From contig NZ_CP065936.1 in NCBI RefSeq assembly GCF_003367075.2, positions 1,050,001 through 1,082,000 on the forward strand: 32,000 nt of DNA, read 5' to 3'. Of the stretch, positions 1-9,773 are shown one piece after another. The first letter of the stretch is position 1. Each line of letters starts with the position of its first letter. Both the position numbers and the translations under genes were made by a program. The notes beneath the pieces were generated by a model. The model saw only the letters and a list, made by a program, of their open reading frames with translations, did not search any database and was not told the DNA's origin. This stretch comes from Cylindrospermopsis raciborskii Cr2010 (GTDB taxonomy: Bacteria > Cyanobacteriota > Cyanobacteriia > Cyanobacteriales > Nostocaceae).

Positions 1-1839
1 TGTGGTAAATCCACTCTATTGAATATTATTGCTGGTCTAGATCAAGCCACTATTGGTGGAGTGACCTTAGAAGGTCGAGAAGTGAGAGAACCTGGTCCAG
101 ATAGAATGGTAATTTTTCAAAATTACTCCTTACTTCCCTGGTTAACAGTTGAGGGAAATATTGCTTTAGCAGTAGATGAGGTCCATCAGGATCTATCTCT
201 AGGAGAACGCCAGAAAATCATTGCAGAACATATTGACTTAGTAGGGTTACGTCGTGCTGCTAAAAAACTTCCCGGTCAATTATCTGGGGGGATGAAACAA
301 CGAGTGGCCATTGCTCGTGCTTTAGCTACCAGACCAAAATTGTTATTGTTGGATGAACCTTTTGGTGCTTTGGATGCTCTAACCAGGGGTAATTTGCAAG
401 AGCAATTAATGAAAATTTGTAATGAATATAAAATTACCTGTGTGATGGTAACACATGACGTAGATGAAGCACTATTATTAAGTGACCGAATTGTGATGTT
501 AACCAATGGACCAGAAGCACACATTGGACAAATTTTAGAAGTACCCATTCCCCGTCCCCGACAAAGATTAGAGGTAGTTGAACATCCCAGTTATTACAAT
601 CTGCGGAATCAAATGATCTACTTCCTCAACCAACAGAAACTGGCAAAACAGCGTCAAAAACAAACCATATCACCAGTTCTGATTTCCACCAATCAACCAG
701 AAAAAGTTCACTTACAAATCGGTTATCTTCCTATCACCCAAGCTGCACCTTTAATCATTGCCCAAGAAAAAGGTTTTTTTGCAGAATGTGGTTTACAAGT
801 GAACCTAATACCTGAAAAAAATTGGCAAGATATTGCCCAAAGTGTAGCTAGTGGTAAGCTGGATGCTGCTCAAATGGTTGCTGGTATGCCATTAGCCATG
901 ACTCTAGGTGCTATGGGAAAAACACCGACTCCCATGGTAACAGCAATGACTCTATCTCGCAACGGTAGTGCTATTACTTTAAGCCAAGAACTACGGGCAA
1001 ATGGTGTAAGGAATGCTGCAGATCTAGAAAAAACAGTCAACACTGATCTTGACAAAACTTACACTTTGGGAGTTGTTCATCCAGCATCAATGCAAAATTT
1101 GTTATTGCGTTATTGGTTAGCAGCAAGTGGTATTGAACCAGATAAGGATGTCAAATTAATAGTAATTCCACCGGATGAAATGGTTGATTTTATCCAGGAA
1201 AGAAAAGTAGATGGTTATTGTGTTAGTGAACCCTGGAATACCTGTGCTGTTGAGCAAAATCTGGGGTTTATTATGTTGCCCACTTCAGATATTTGGCAGG
1301 GACATGTAGATAAAATACTAGGAGTCACAGAAGATTGGTCTCAACAATATCCTCAAACACATTTAGCCTTAGTTAAATCGCTCCTAGCAGCTTGTGAATA
1401 TTGTGATGATATTCGTAATGAGTCAGAAATTGTCAGTCTAATTTCTCAACCTCAATATATAGGTGATCATCATGTAAATTTACGCTCTGAATTATTAGAA
1501 AGTTATCAAAGTAACTATCATCGACATTCCCAAACTTCCCATCAGTTTTATCTGCACCAAGCCAACTATCCCAACCGTCATGAAATGCTCTGGATCCTTA
1601 CCCAATTAGCTCGGTGGGGTTTTATTGCTTTCCCTAAAAACTGGGTAGAAATAATTGACCGAGTTTGTCGTCCAGATATTTTTGGTGTAGCTGCAAGAGA
1701 AGTGGGCATTTTGGATATTGGTAGGGAAGAATCCATTCAGTTATTTGATGGTAAAACATTTAATCCCTCTCAACCCCTAGAATATCTCACAGGTTTAGCC
1801 ATTAAATCTCGGGTGCGAGTTGAAGAAGCTCTGGTTTAA
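1..1839 (+). CDS. nrtC: Nitrate/nitrite ABC transporter ATP-binding protein with C-terminal NrtA-like substrate-binding domain (5' truncated by window edge)
   Basis: Frame is open from base 1 ([16 protein letters not shown] = end of Walker A); ABC signature LSGGMKQR, Walker B LLLLDEPF; C-terminal domain [26 protein letters not shown] is NrtA-like; followed by nrtD and narB. The ORF-track start at 19 is an internal TTG. Confidence 0.95.
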   Translation, partial: CGKSTLLNIIAGLDQATIGGVTLEGREVREPGPDRMVIFQNYSLLPWLTVEGNIALAVDEVHQDLSLGERQKIIAEHIDLVGLRRAAKKLPGQLSGGMKQRVAIARALATRPKLLLLDEPFGALDALTRGNLQEQLMKICNEYKITCVMVTHDVDEALLLSDRIVMLTNGPEAHIGQILEVPIPRPRQRLEVVEHPSYYNLRNQMIYFLNQQKLAKQRQKQTISPVLISTNQPEKVHLQIGYLPITQAAPLIIAQEKGFFAECGLQVNLIPEKNWQDIAQSVASGKLDAAQMVAGMPLAMTLGAMGKTPTPMVTAMTLSRNGSAITLSQELRANGVRNAADLEKTVNTDLDKTYTLGVVHPASMQNLLLRYWLAASGIEPDKDVKLIVIPPDEMVDFIQERKVDGYCVSEPWNTCAVEQNLGFIMLPTSDIWQGHVDKILGVTEDWSQQYPQTHLALVKSLLAACEYCDDIRNESEIVSLISQPQYIGDHHVNLRSELLESYQSNYHRHSQTSHQFYLHQANYPNRHEMLWILTQLARWGFIAFPKNWVEIIDRVCRPDIFGVAAREVGILDIGREESIQLFDGKTFNPSQPLEYLTGLAIKSRVRVEEALV

Positions 1840-1940
1840 ATAGGGAGGCACAATTATTTATAGGTACCCGTGCGGGCGTTGGGTTTCATACTTCAACCCA
1901 ACCTACGTTCATCTTATATTTAACTCCACCCACCCACTTA
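1837..1940 (+). repeat. MITE-like/REP-like non-coding repeat, copy 1 (about 104 bp), in nrtC-nrtD junction
   Basis: taaatagggaggcacaattatttataggtacccgtgcgggcgttgggtttcatacttcaacccaacctacgttcatcttatatttaactccacccacccactta; matches the reverse complement of 28782-28898 almost throughout, with a ~13 bp internal deletion; contains the hairpin GTTGGGTT/AACCCAAC. Confidence 0.85.
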
Positions 1941-1970
1941 AGACTGAATTAACTAAATTAAAATTAAAGG

Positions 1971-2837
1971 ATGAAAGTCATGACCACATTGAATCTCCCC
2001 AAAAATACTCAGCTTCAAGCTTTAGGTAATCCACAGTCTCACCAAAAATCACGGGATTTCCTATTCATTGACGGTGTAAACAAAATTTACCCCACCTCCG
2101 AGGGACCATATACTGTTTTAGACAACATTAGTCTCAAAGTCCAAGAGGGAGAATTTATTTGTTTCATTGGACATTCGGGTTGTGGTAAATCCACACTGTT
2201 AAATATGATTTCTGGATTCAATCAACCTACCAATGGTGTGGTCTGGTTGCAAGGTCAACCTATTACTGAACCAGGACCAGACCGGATGATGGTTTTTCAA
2301 AACTATTGTCTACTTCCCTGGCTAAGTGTTTTTGAAAATGTTTATCTTGCTGTTGATTCTGTATTTCCTAATAAAACCCAGGCTGAAAAACGGTTTATAG
2401 TTAGAGAACATTTAGGTATGGTAGGACTCACGGAAGCTGCTCAAAAGAAACCCCATCAAATATCAGGAGGTATGAAACAAAGGGTGGCTATTGCTCGTGC
2501 TTTGGCTATTCGTCCTCAGGTTCTGATTTTGGATGAACCTTTTGGCGCTTTGGATGCAATTACTAAGGAAGAATTACAAGAGGAACTACTGCAAATTTGG
2601 TCCGATCATCAAGTTACTGTGTTAATGATTACTCATGATATTGACGAAGCTCTTTTTCTAGCTGATAAATTGGTCATGATGACAAATGGACCTGCTGCTA
2701 ATATTGGTGAAATATTAGATATTCCTTTTTCTCGTCCCCGTCAGCGTCGTCAGATTATGGAAAGTACAGAATATTATCATTTGAGGAACTACGCTCTGGA
2801 TTTTCTTTATCGTCGTTGTGCTCATATTGAAGAGTAG
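1971..2837 (+). CDS. nrtD: Nitrate/nitrite ABC transporter ATP-binding protein NrtD
   Basis: Walker [18 protein letters not shown] signature, VLILDEPFG Walker B; single-domain paralog directly after nrtC. Confidence 0.95.
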   Translation: MKVMTTLNLPKNTQLQALGNPQSHQKSRDFLFIDGVNKIYPTSEGPYTVLDNISLKVQEGEFICFIGHSGCGKSTLLNMISGFNQPTNGVVWLQGQPITEPGPDRMMVFQNYCLLPWLSVFENVYLAVDSVFPNKTQAEKRFIVREHLGMVGLTEAAQKKPHQISGGMKQRVAIARALAIRPQVLILDEPFGALDAITKEELQEELLQIWSDHQVTVLMITHDIDEALFLADKLVMMTNGPAANIGEILDIPFSRPRQRRQIMESTEYYHLRNYALDFLYRRCAHIEE

Positions 2838-2850
2838 TTTATCCACCAAT

Positions 2851-5004
2851 ATGACCGAATTTATCAAAACACTTTGTCCCTATTGTGGTGTGGGTTGTGG
2901 ACTAGAAGTCTCTTCCCCTACCCAACATCCAAGTTTCACTACGGATAATACGGGTGATCAAGAAACTGTTAATTGGCGTGTTCGTGGAGATAAATCTCAT
3001 CCCTCTAGTCAAGGAATGGTATGTGTTAAAGGTGCAACTGTTGCAGAAGCAATATATAAAAATAGATTGCAATATCCCATGTTTCGAGAATCTTTAACAC
3101 AAGATTTTCGCTTGATTTCCTGGGAGGAGTCCTTCACTATCATTACAAATCATATTCAACAAACTTTAGTTACTCACGGTCCAGAATCTATCTGTATGTA
3201 TGGTTCTGGACAGTTTCAAACTGAAGATTATTACATTGCCCAAAAATTACTTAAAGGTTGTTTAGGAACTAATAACTTCGATGCTAATTCCCGTCTTTGT
3301 ATGTCTAGTGCGGTATCTGGATATCTCCAAAGTTTTGGTGCTGATGGACCTCCTTGCTGTTATGACGATTTGGAATTAACTGACTGCGTTTTTTTAATAG
3401 GTACTAATACTGCAGAATGCCACCCCATTATTTTTAACCGGTTATCTAAATATCATAAGAAAAATCCTCACGTGAAAATGGTGGTGGTTGACCCCCGTTC
3501 CACCTCCACTGCTAAAACAGCTGATTTACATTTAGCCATTGTTCCAGGTACTGATATTGATTTGTTGAATGGTATTGCCCATCTATTGGTGAAATGGAAT
3601 TCTTGGGATGTAAATTTTGTGGATAATTATACTAGCAATTTTGCAGATTATATCCAAGTCATTAATTATTATTCTCCGGATCTTGTTACCAGTCGATGTG
3701 GTATTTCTTTGGCAGATTTAGAAACCGCTGCTAAATATTGGGGTCAAGCCCAATCTGTGCTTTCTTTATGGTCAATGGGGGTGAACCAATCTTCTGAAGG
3801 GACTGCTAAGGTAAGGAGTATTATTGATTTACATCTCCTCACAGGACAGGTGGGAAAACCAGGTGCAGGTCCTTTTTCTTTAACGGGTCAACCTAATGCT
3901 ATGGGTGGTAGGGAAGCGGGTGGTTTAGCACATTTATTACCCGGATACAGATTAATTAAAAATCCACAACATCGGTTAGAAGTGGAGGAATTTTGGGGTT
4001 TAAAACCAGGTACAATTTCACCTATTCCTGGGTTAAATGTGTGGGAAATGATTATGGCTTTAGAGTCTGGTAATGTGCAGCTATTATGGATAGCAGCAAC
4101 TAATCCAGCTGTAAGTATGCCAGATTTAGAAAGAACTAAAAAAGCATTGTTACAATCCCCTTTTACTATTTATCAGGATGCCTATTATCCCACGGAAACT
4201 GCTAACTATGCTCATCTTTTATTACCCGCTGCTCAATGGGGTGAAAAAACTGGGGTGATGACTAATTCGGAACGTCGAATTACCCTATCTTCTGCTTTTA
4301 AAAATCCTCCACAATTGGCTAAGTCTGATTGGGAAATCTTCGCTGAAGTTGGTAGGAGGTTGGGTTTTTCACATCAGTTTAATTTTCAGGATTCTAGTGA
4401 GGTTTATCGGGAATTTGTCCAATTAACTCGTCATCGTCCCTGTGATATGTCGGGTTTAAGTTATGAGTTTCTAACTGCTAATGGTCCAACTCATTGGCCT
4501 TTTTCTCAAGATAATTATCAGGAAGTTAAACGATTATATACAGATTTACGTTTTTATACTCATGATGGCAAGGCTCAGTTTGCAGCATGTTTTTCTCGGG
4601 GTTTAGCTGAACCTCCAGACCCTGAATATCCCTTTATTCTCACTTCAGGAAGATTATATGGCCATTGGCATACCCAAACACGCACAGGTAGAATTGATAA
4701 GATTTGTCAAATGCACCCTGAGCCTTTTTTGGAAATTCATCCCCGTGATGCGCTCAAGCTACAGCTTGCTGATCATCAGTTGGTGATGGTTCGTTCCCGT
4801 CGTGGTGCAGCGGAATTTCCTGCTAAAATCACTTTGACTATCTCCCCTGGTACTGTTTTTGTCCCTATGCATTGGGGTAAACTATGGTCAGAAAATTCTG
4901 AAGCTAATGCCCTTACTCATTCTTCGTCTTGTCCAGATTCTTTTCAGCCAGAATTGAAAGCCTGTGCTGTACAGTTAATTCCCATAATTCCCATTCAATC
5001 TTAG
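2851..5004 (+). CDS. narB: Ferredoxin-dependent assimilatory nitrate reductase (molybdopterin oxidoreductase)
   Basis: N-terminal 4Fe-4S motif [32 protein letters not shown], molybdopterin dinucleotide binding C-terminus; ATG at 2851 preferred over the track start at 2818. Confidence 0.95.
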   Translation: MTEFIKTLCPYCGVGCGLEVSSPTQHPSFTTDNTGDQETVNWRVRGDKSHPSSQGMVCVKGATVAEAIYKNRLQYPMFRESLTQDFRLISWEESFTIITNHIQQTLVTHGPESICMYGSGQFQTEDYYIAQKLLKGCLGTNNFDANSRLCMSSAVSGYLQSFGADGPPCCYDDLELTDCVFLIGTNTAECHPIIFNRLSKYHKKNPHVKMVVVDPRSTSTAKTADLHLAIVPGTDIDLLNGIAHLLVKWNSWDVNFVDNYTSNFADYIQVINYYSPDLVTSRCGISLADLETAAKYWGQAQSVLSLWSMGVNQSSEGTAKVRSIIDLHLLTGQVGKPGAGPFSLTGQPNAMGGREAGGLAHLLPGYRLIKNPQHRLEVEEFWGLKPGTISPIPGLNVWEMIMALESGNVQLLWIAATNPAVSMPDLERTKKALLQSPFTIYQDAYYPTETANYAHLLLPAAQWGEKTGVMTNSERRITLSSAFKNPPQLAKSDWEIFAEVGRRLGFSHQFNFQDSSEVYREFVQLTRHRPCDMSGLSYEFLTANGPTHWPFSQDNYQEVKRLYTDLRFYTHDGKAQFAACFSRGLAEPPDPEYPFILTSGRLYGHWHTQTRTGRIDKICQMHPEPFLEIHPRDALKLQLADHQLVMVRSRRGAAEFPAKITLTISPGTVFVPMHWGKLWSENSEANALTHSSSCPDSFQPELKACAVQLIPIIPIQS

Positions 5005-5069
5005 AGAAAGTGCTATCCAGTGGTAAAATACTGGGTGATTTGTTGACTTGATGGGGTATCGTAAATCCA

Positions 5070-5519
5070 ATGAAAAGGTTTTTTAGGCAACTTAAAACTT
5101 TCACCAGTGATGATAATTTCATGCACTTGATTGAAAATATTGTGGTGATAGTTTCTAAGGTTCTTTCTATTTTAATGGTGGTGGTAATCCTTGTGGCCAT
5201 TGCGGACTTAACAGTTTTTCTGCTTAAAGAGTTATTTGATGCTCCCTATGGCAAGTTTAATACTATTTTGTTTAAGATATTTGGTTTGTTTTTAAATATT
5301 CTCATTGCTTTAGAAATTTTAGAAAATATTACGGCCTACCTACAAAAGCATGTTTTTCAAGTAGAATTAGTGATTATTACTTCTTTAATTGCTGTTGCTA
5401 GAAAAATCATTATCTTAGACTTGGAAAAAGTGACAGGAATTGATATCATTGGGTTGGGGATTGCTATACTAGCTCTATCTATTAGCTATCTAATTATCCA
5501 AAGTCGTCGTAAAAGTTAG
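5070..5519 (+). CDS. PsiE-like (phosphate-starvation-inducible PsiE family) small membrane protein
   Basis: Multi-helix membrane protein MKRFFRQLKTF...LENITAYLQKHVFQVELVIITSLIAVARKIIILDLEK, typical of the PsiE family pattern. Confidence 0.75.
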   Translation: MKRFFRQLKTFTSDDNFMHLIENIVVIVSKVLSILMVVVILVAIADLTVFLLKELFDAPYGKFNTILFKIFGLFLNILIALEILENITAYLQKHVFQVELVIITSLIAVARKIIILDLEKVTGIDIIGLGIAILALSISYLIIQSRRKS

Positions 5520-5591
5520 TTGAATAACAAGACCTTACCAACTTTTTCGCTCCCTTTACCCCAGAATCTAGTAGGACCCTAATTTGCTGTT

Positions 5592-6074
5592 ATGTCTACC
5601 GAGTTTTTTCACTTTGAAGCTGATTTTCTAGCCACCCTTCGTTGTATACCCATGGTAGTCCGTTATAAGCTGGATACATGTGGAATTAAACTAAAATTGG
5701 CTCATTGGCATCAGATTAGTCTCTCAGAACGTGATAATCTAGTTACATTACCCTGCTTCACACCAGGGGAAATAGAAAACTACCAAAACTATTTAAGGGA
5801 ATTAGTTTTTAAATACACAGGAACCTATCCCTCTTTGCTTCCCACAGATCCCCATCCCCCATGGCTAGATTCTACCACTCTACCTAAACAACTTATTGAA
5901 AAATTAGAGACCATAGGTGCTACGATCACCCTGGAGCAGTGGCAAGATTTAACTCCGTTACAAAGGTTTGTACTGGTCAAGTTAAGTCTACCCAGTCATG
6001 AAAATAAAAATTTTCCTAGAGCAATGGCGGAATTTCATTTGGATCCGCCCACAGGTTCGCTGATAACTAAATGA
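5592..6074 (+). CDS. narM: Nitrate reductase-associated protein NarM
   Basis: MSTEFFHFEADFLATLRCIPMVVRYKLDTCGIKLKLAHWHQ...; small soluble protein downstream of narB, as in other cyanobacteria. Confidence 0.85.
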   Translation: MSTEFFHFEADFLATLRCIPMVVRYKLDTCGIKLKLAHWHQISLSERDNLVTLPCFTPGEIENYQNYLRELVFKYTGTYPSLLPTDPHPPWLDSTTLPKQLIEKLETIGATITLEQWQDLTPLQRFVLVKLSLPSHENKNFPRAMAEFHLDPPTGSLITK

Positions 6075-6109
6075 ATAAGCCAACAACCTTCTCATCAACC
6101 GCTAAGTAA

Positions 6110-7468
6110 ATGATAGGCAAAAACCCAAGACAGAATGCATTTTTGAGACTGGTGTCTAGTGAGGCGGTTTCTAGTCCAGAATCCCGCTACCCACTGCTTT
6201 CCCATCAGGAAATGGTCATGGGACGTGACCCCGGTTGTCAGGTTGTCTTGGACGCTATAACCTATAGAATGGTCTCCCGTCGTCATGCGGTTGTTCGTCC
6301 CCTCTCTCCAGAAAGTAAGTTCACCTGGACTCTTTGTGATTTAAACAGCGCTAATGGCACTTTTCTCAATGGACAACTACTGCGGGGACCTCAAGAGCTA
6401 CAACATGGCGATCGCATTTCTTTGGGTTATGATGGTCCTCAATTTGTCTTTGAATGTGAAACCATACCTGTTTCTAGAAATGTGCCAGTTAACCCAGCTA
6501 CAGTTATAGTACCAGGAAAGACAACTCAACAACAATCAAAGCATGATGGAGTTAGTTTCACCCAGTTATTTCCTATAATTTCCACAGGTAAGGACTTAAC
6601 CCGCAAAGCATATCTTATACCAGGAATACTAACAGTTATTTTTGTCGTGTTAATGTTTGCTACTGTAGGTTATCCCCAAGCTAATCAAGTAATTGTCGGT
6701 TCTTATATTGGATCAGCCGCTTATTATTTCGTTTATCAACTTTGTGGCAAACAAAAACCATGGTGGATACTTATGGCCATGGCGCTCAGTACCATGTTGA
6801 TTTTAGTCAGTCCACTATTAGATTTATTTATATTTGTTTTTCGAGAAATTCTCCCTGGTAGTATATCACCCTCCGGTAGTGACACATTCACAGAATTATT
6901 GATCAGAATGTTTTTCGGAGCTGGGTTAATGGAGGAACTACTCAAGGCCCTACCGGTAATAGGCGCCTATTTTTTAGGCAAATCCCTACCATCCCCCTGG
7001 AGGGAAAGGATTGGGGTTGGGGAACCACTAGATGGCATTCTCCTGGGGACTGCATCAGCAGTAGGGTTTACTTTATTAGAAACCCTTGGCCAATATGTTC
7101 CAGTAATCACCCAAAACATTAGCCAGCAGTCGGGAGTAGGTACTGGTCAACTGATCGGTTTACAGTTACTTATCCCCCGGATTTTGGGTTCCGTAGCTGG
7201 ACACATGGCCTATAGTGGATATTTGGGCTATTTCATCGGTTTGGCCACCCTCAAACCCCGCATGAGTTGGCAAATCCTGGGTGTTGGTTATTTCACCGCC
7301 TCCGCTCTCCACGCTCTCTGGAATGCTACCGGTTCCATTAATGCCCTACTATTAGTAATTGTAGGTGTTTTGTCCTATGCTTTTTTGATGGCTGCTATCC
7401 TCAAAGCTCGAGCATTATCACCTACGCGATCGCATAATTTTGCCACCCGGTTTCTGGATCCCAAATAA
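6110..7468 (+). CDS. FHA domain fused to a PrsW-family intramembrane metalloprotease
   Basis: N-terminal FHA core MGRDPGCQVVLD...VSRRHAVV...DLNSANGTFLNG; C-terminal multipass region with MEELLKALPVIGAYF (EExxK), AVGFTLLET, GHMAYSGYLGY, SALHALWN motifs expected of PrsW. Confidence 0.85.
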   Translation: MIGKNPRQNAFLRLVSSEAVSSPESRYPLLSHQEMVMGRDPGCQVVLDAITYRMVSRRHAVVRPLSPESKFTWTLCDLNSANGTFLNGQLLRGPQELQHGDRISLGYDGPQFVFECETIPVSRNVPVNPATVIVPGKTTQQQSKHDGVSFTQLFPIISTGKDLTRKAYLIPGILTVIFVVLMFATVGYPQANQVIVGSYIGSAAYYFVYQLCGKQKPWWILMAMALSTMLILVSPLLDLFIFVFREILPGSISPSGSDTFTELLIRMFFGAGLMEELLKALPVIGAYFLGKSLPSPWRERIGVGEPLDGILLGTASAVGFTLLETLGQYVPVITQNISQQSGVGTGQLIGLQLLIPRILGSVAGHMAYSGYLGYFIGLATLKPRMSWQILGVGYFTASALHALWNATGSINALLLVIVGVLSYAFLMAAILKARALSPTRSHNFATRFLDPK

Positions 7469-7471
7469 ATA

Positions 7472-8098
7472 CTACTCCCCATTTTCTGCTGCTTGGGTAG
7501 AAACTGCTTTTAAGGCATAGTCAGCCACTACTAAACAAATCTTTGCCCGTTCTATCTCTGATAATTCAGTCCAATTGCGATTTGATAAGTTGTGGTCTGA
7601 TTTCTCCTGTGAATCACTTCTCATGGAGTAAGCAATAGGACGTGCCAAAACTAATAGGTCTTCCATATCCCAATTAGGTAACAAAGATTGAACACAACCC
7701 ACAATCTTCTCACTGGTAGAATGTTCCATATCATAGAAAGTTTTCTTTGCTGCTTCCATAATCTGATCAAGCCAGTGGGAGGGAACAAACGTACCAAAAA
7801 TATCATTTAGGGTAGTGCGTGGTCTTTCATCACGGTCAGCTTTAGAGTTATAAACCTGAGTCCAGATCTGGTCAAGAGAATTATAGAAATTTTCCCCTTG
7901 CTGGTCGAGACTTTCCATCAACAGTGGGTCACAGTGGAGTGGTGCTGCTAGTTTTTGAAAATAATCATCTGCTTGATCAGTTGCGAGATTCCAAGGATAA
8001 GTTTCATCTTCCGGTTCTAATATTGCTGTCAACAATTCCCAATCCACGGAGGGAAGGAAAGGTTTCCGATTATCTAAATCACCTGTATTATCAGTCAT
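7472..8098 (-). CDS. Hypothetical acidic protein (~208 aa)
   Basis: Long ORF; start MTDNTGDLDNRKPFLPS at 8098 (track start 8110 adds MRPN). No family recognised. Confidence 0.7.
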   Translation of the reverse strand: MTDNTGDLDNRKPFLPSVDWELLTAILEPEDETYPWNLATDQADDYFQKLAAPLHCDPLLMESLDQQGENFYNSLDQIWTQVYNSKADRDERPRTTLNDIFGTFVPSHWLDQIMEAAKKTFYDMEHSTSEKIVGCVQSLLPNWDMEDLLVLARPIAYSMRSDSQEKSDHNLSNRNWTELSEIERAKICLVVADYALKAVSTQAAENGE

Positions 8099-8191
8099 AT
8101 TGGGCCTCAAACTTCATCCGCATAATTGGTATTACAGGGAGCTACAGTTAGCAGCTAGGAATTTCCGTAAAAACAACAAAAACAATCTCCC

Positions 8192-9730
8192 CTAATCATC
8201 AAAAATCAGAAACTCCCATGTTTCCCCCTTCGCACTGCCAAACTTTAACTTCATTCCCGATGTTAACACCACCTCCTCCCGTAAAACCCGTTGCCAACCA
8301 TAATCATTTAAATACCAAGTTGTTCCGTAGGTAGAGCAATCTTGTAAATAGTAAGTAACAACTGGTTGAGAACCATCCAGTACGGTTCTACAAAGTATTT
8401 CTGCATGGTGCTTAGAAACATAACCTTGAGGAATCACAAGATCATTATCCTTAGTGCGACCAATGCGAGTCACATCAGAACGCATAGAGCAACTTTGACC
8501 CTGGGGGGAAAGTGAGCGCAAAACAGCACTAGACTGGGGAACATTTATTCCAGTACTTAGATCTGGCAATTCTGTAATTCCCTCATCAACACTTTTAATC
8601 AACTGACCTGAAAAATCTGGGTGTAGATAGAGAACCGGTAAAGTCCATGCTGGCTGATTAAACTTGTAAATAGCTAATAACTTTTGTCTAGCCACTGCTA
8701 CAGCTGCATCAATCGCTTCACCCATGCGCAATGCCTGAGTAAAACCCTGAATAAAACTACGACTTTCCTCATCAGCAATTTGGTCACGCATGGCTAAAAC
8801 TGCGGGCACACCATGACAAATTAAAACTTCTGCCAAACTACTAGTAGGTATTGCTTTATCACGAACTGCCGGTTGGGCACCCCAACAGGCATTGAATACT
8901 GCTAGTTTAACTTTACTACGAGCTAACACTTGACCCAGTTCTATGCCATTAAGGGACTGTTCCTCTGTCAAATACAACAACCCGCCATCAGGATTGGGCA
9001 AACCATGTCCTGCATAAAAAATCACATTATATGCCTTAGTTTCCAGTTCTTGTATCAACTGCTTTGGTGTGGGTTGTAATAGCTTTTTGACCAAACAGTT
9101 TGATATGTAATACCCACCAAGAGAACTGGATTCTAGGAGGATTTTCTCCAGAATGGTAGCCTCTTTTTCCAATTCCAAATTGCCATTGTACCCCAAAACC
9201 AACAACACGTTTAAAGAGGAATCTGCTGATAAATTTGCTATTGGTTCAACCTGATTGATAGTCCGACTAAACAAAACCTCTTGGTTGAGGGAAACTGCTG
9301 AATGACCCGCTTCCGGTTGCATAATTTCCCATGGTAAACCAATCAAATCAGGTTCACGAACTTCCAATTGCAACCGCAATCTCTTATTGCTCCCCATAGC
9401 TAGACCACGACTGCGCTCTAGACTGCTCAGAATTTCTCCATCAAATAGCCAACGCCATAAACTGATCCCTAAAGATTGCATTAACCGATTACTATAGGAA
9501 CCAGTGGTTTGTCCCATCCCAGACCCAACCAATCCCTTCCCCAGGTGATGGGTGTCTACAAAACCACCAAACATTTGCTGCCATTCTATCCAAATTTCAG
9601 CAAGTTGAGGTGGAAAAACACAGTCACGCAAAACGTAACCGCTGGGATAGGGAGCTTTCACTACCCAAACGGCAAAGTTATTCGGTCCACTATTAACTAA
9701 ACGGGCGATAGATACACTCAGGCAAGACAT
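8192..9730 (-). CDS. CHAT domain (caspase-like) protein with C-terminal FHA domain
   Basis: CHAT His motif YNVIFYAGHG and Cys motif KLAVFNACWGAQ; C-terminal FHA TRIGRTKDNDLVIPQGYVSKHHAEI...LQDCSTYGTTW. Start MSCLSVSIARL chosen (track start 9748). Confidence 0.85.
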   Translation of the reverse strand: MSCLSVSIARLVNSGPNNFAVWVVKAPYPSGYVLRDCVFPPQLAEIWIEWQQMFGGFVDTHHLGKGLVGSGMGQTTGSYSNRLMQSLGISLWRWLFDGEILSSLERSRGLAMGSNKRLRLQLEVREPDLIGLPWEIMQPEAGHSAVSLNQEVLFSRTINQVEPIANLSADSSLNVLLVLGYNGNLELEKEATILEKILLESSSLGGYYISNCLVKKLLQPTPKQLIQELETKAYNVIFYAGHGLPNPDGGLLYLTEEQSLNGIELGQVLARSKVKLAVFNACWGAQPAVRDKAIPTSSLAEVLICHGVPAVLAMRDQIADEESRSFIQGFTQALRMGEAIDAAVAVARQKLLAIYKFNQPAWTLPVLYLHPDFSGQLIKSVDEGITELPDLSTGINVPQSSAVLRSLSPQGQSCSMRSDVTRIGRTKDNDLVIPQGYVSKHHAEILCRTVLDGSQPVVTYYLQDCSTYGTTWYLNDYGWQRVLREEVVLTSGMKLKFGSAKGETWEFLIFDD

Positions 9731-9773
9731 CGATTTGTTTAATCTCAACGCAACTAGTTATAGATTTCTGCCA

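Noticed and set aside
1-2837. Strong similarity between the nrtC ATPase part and nrtD as a possible recent DNA duplication
   Set aside because: This is the standard ancient NrtC/NrtD paralogy in nitrate transport operons.
8192-9730. CHAT protein as part of a gRAMP/Craspase or gasdermin defence system
   Set aside because: No CRISPR array, Cas7-11-like, gasdermin or TPR partner nearby; the neighbouring genes are core functions.
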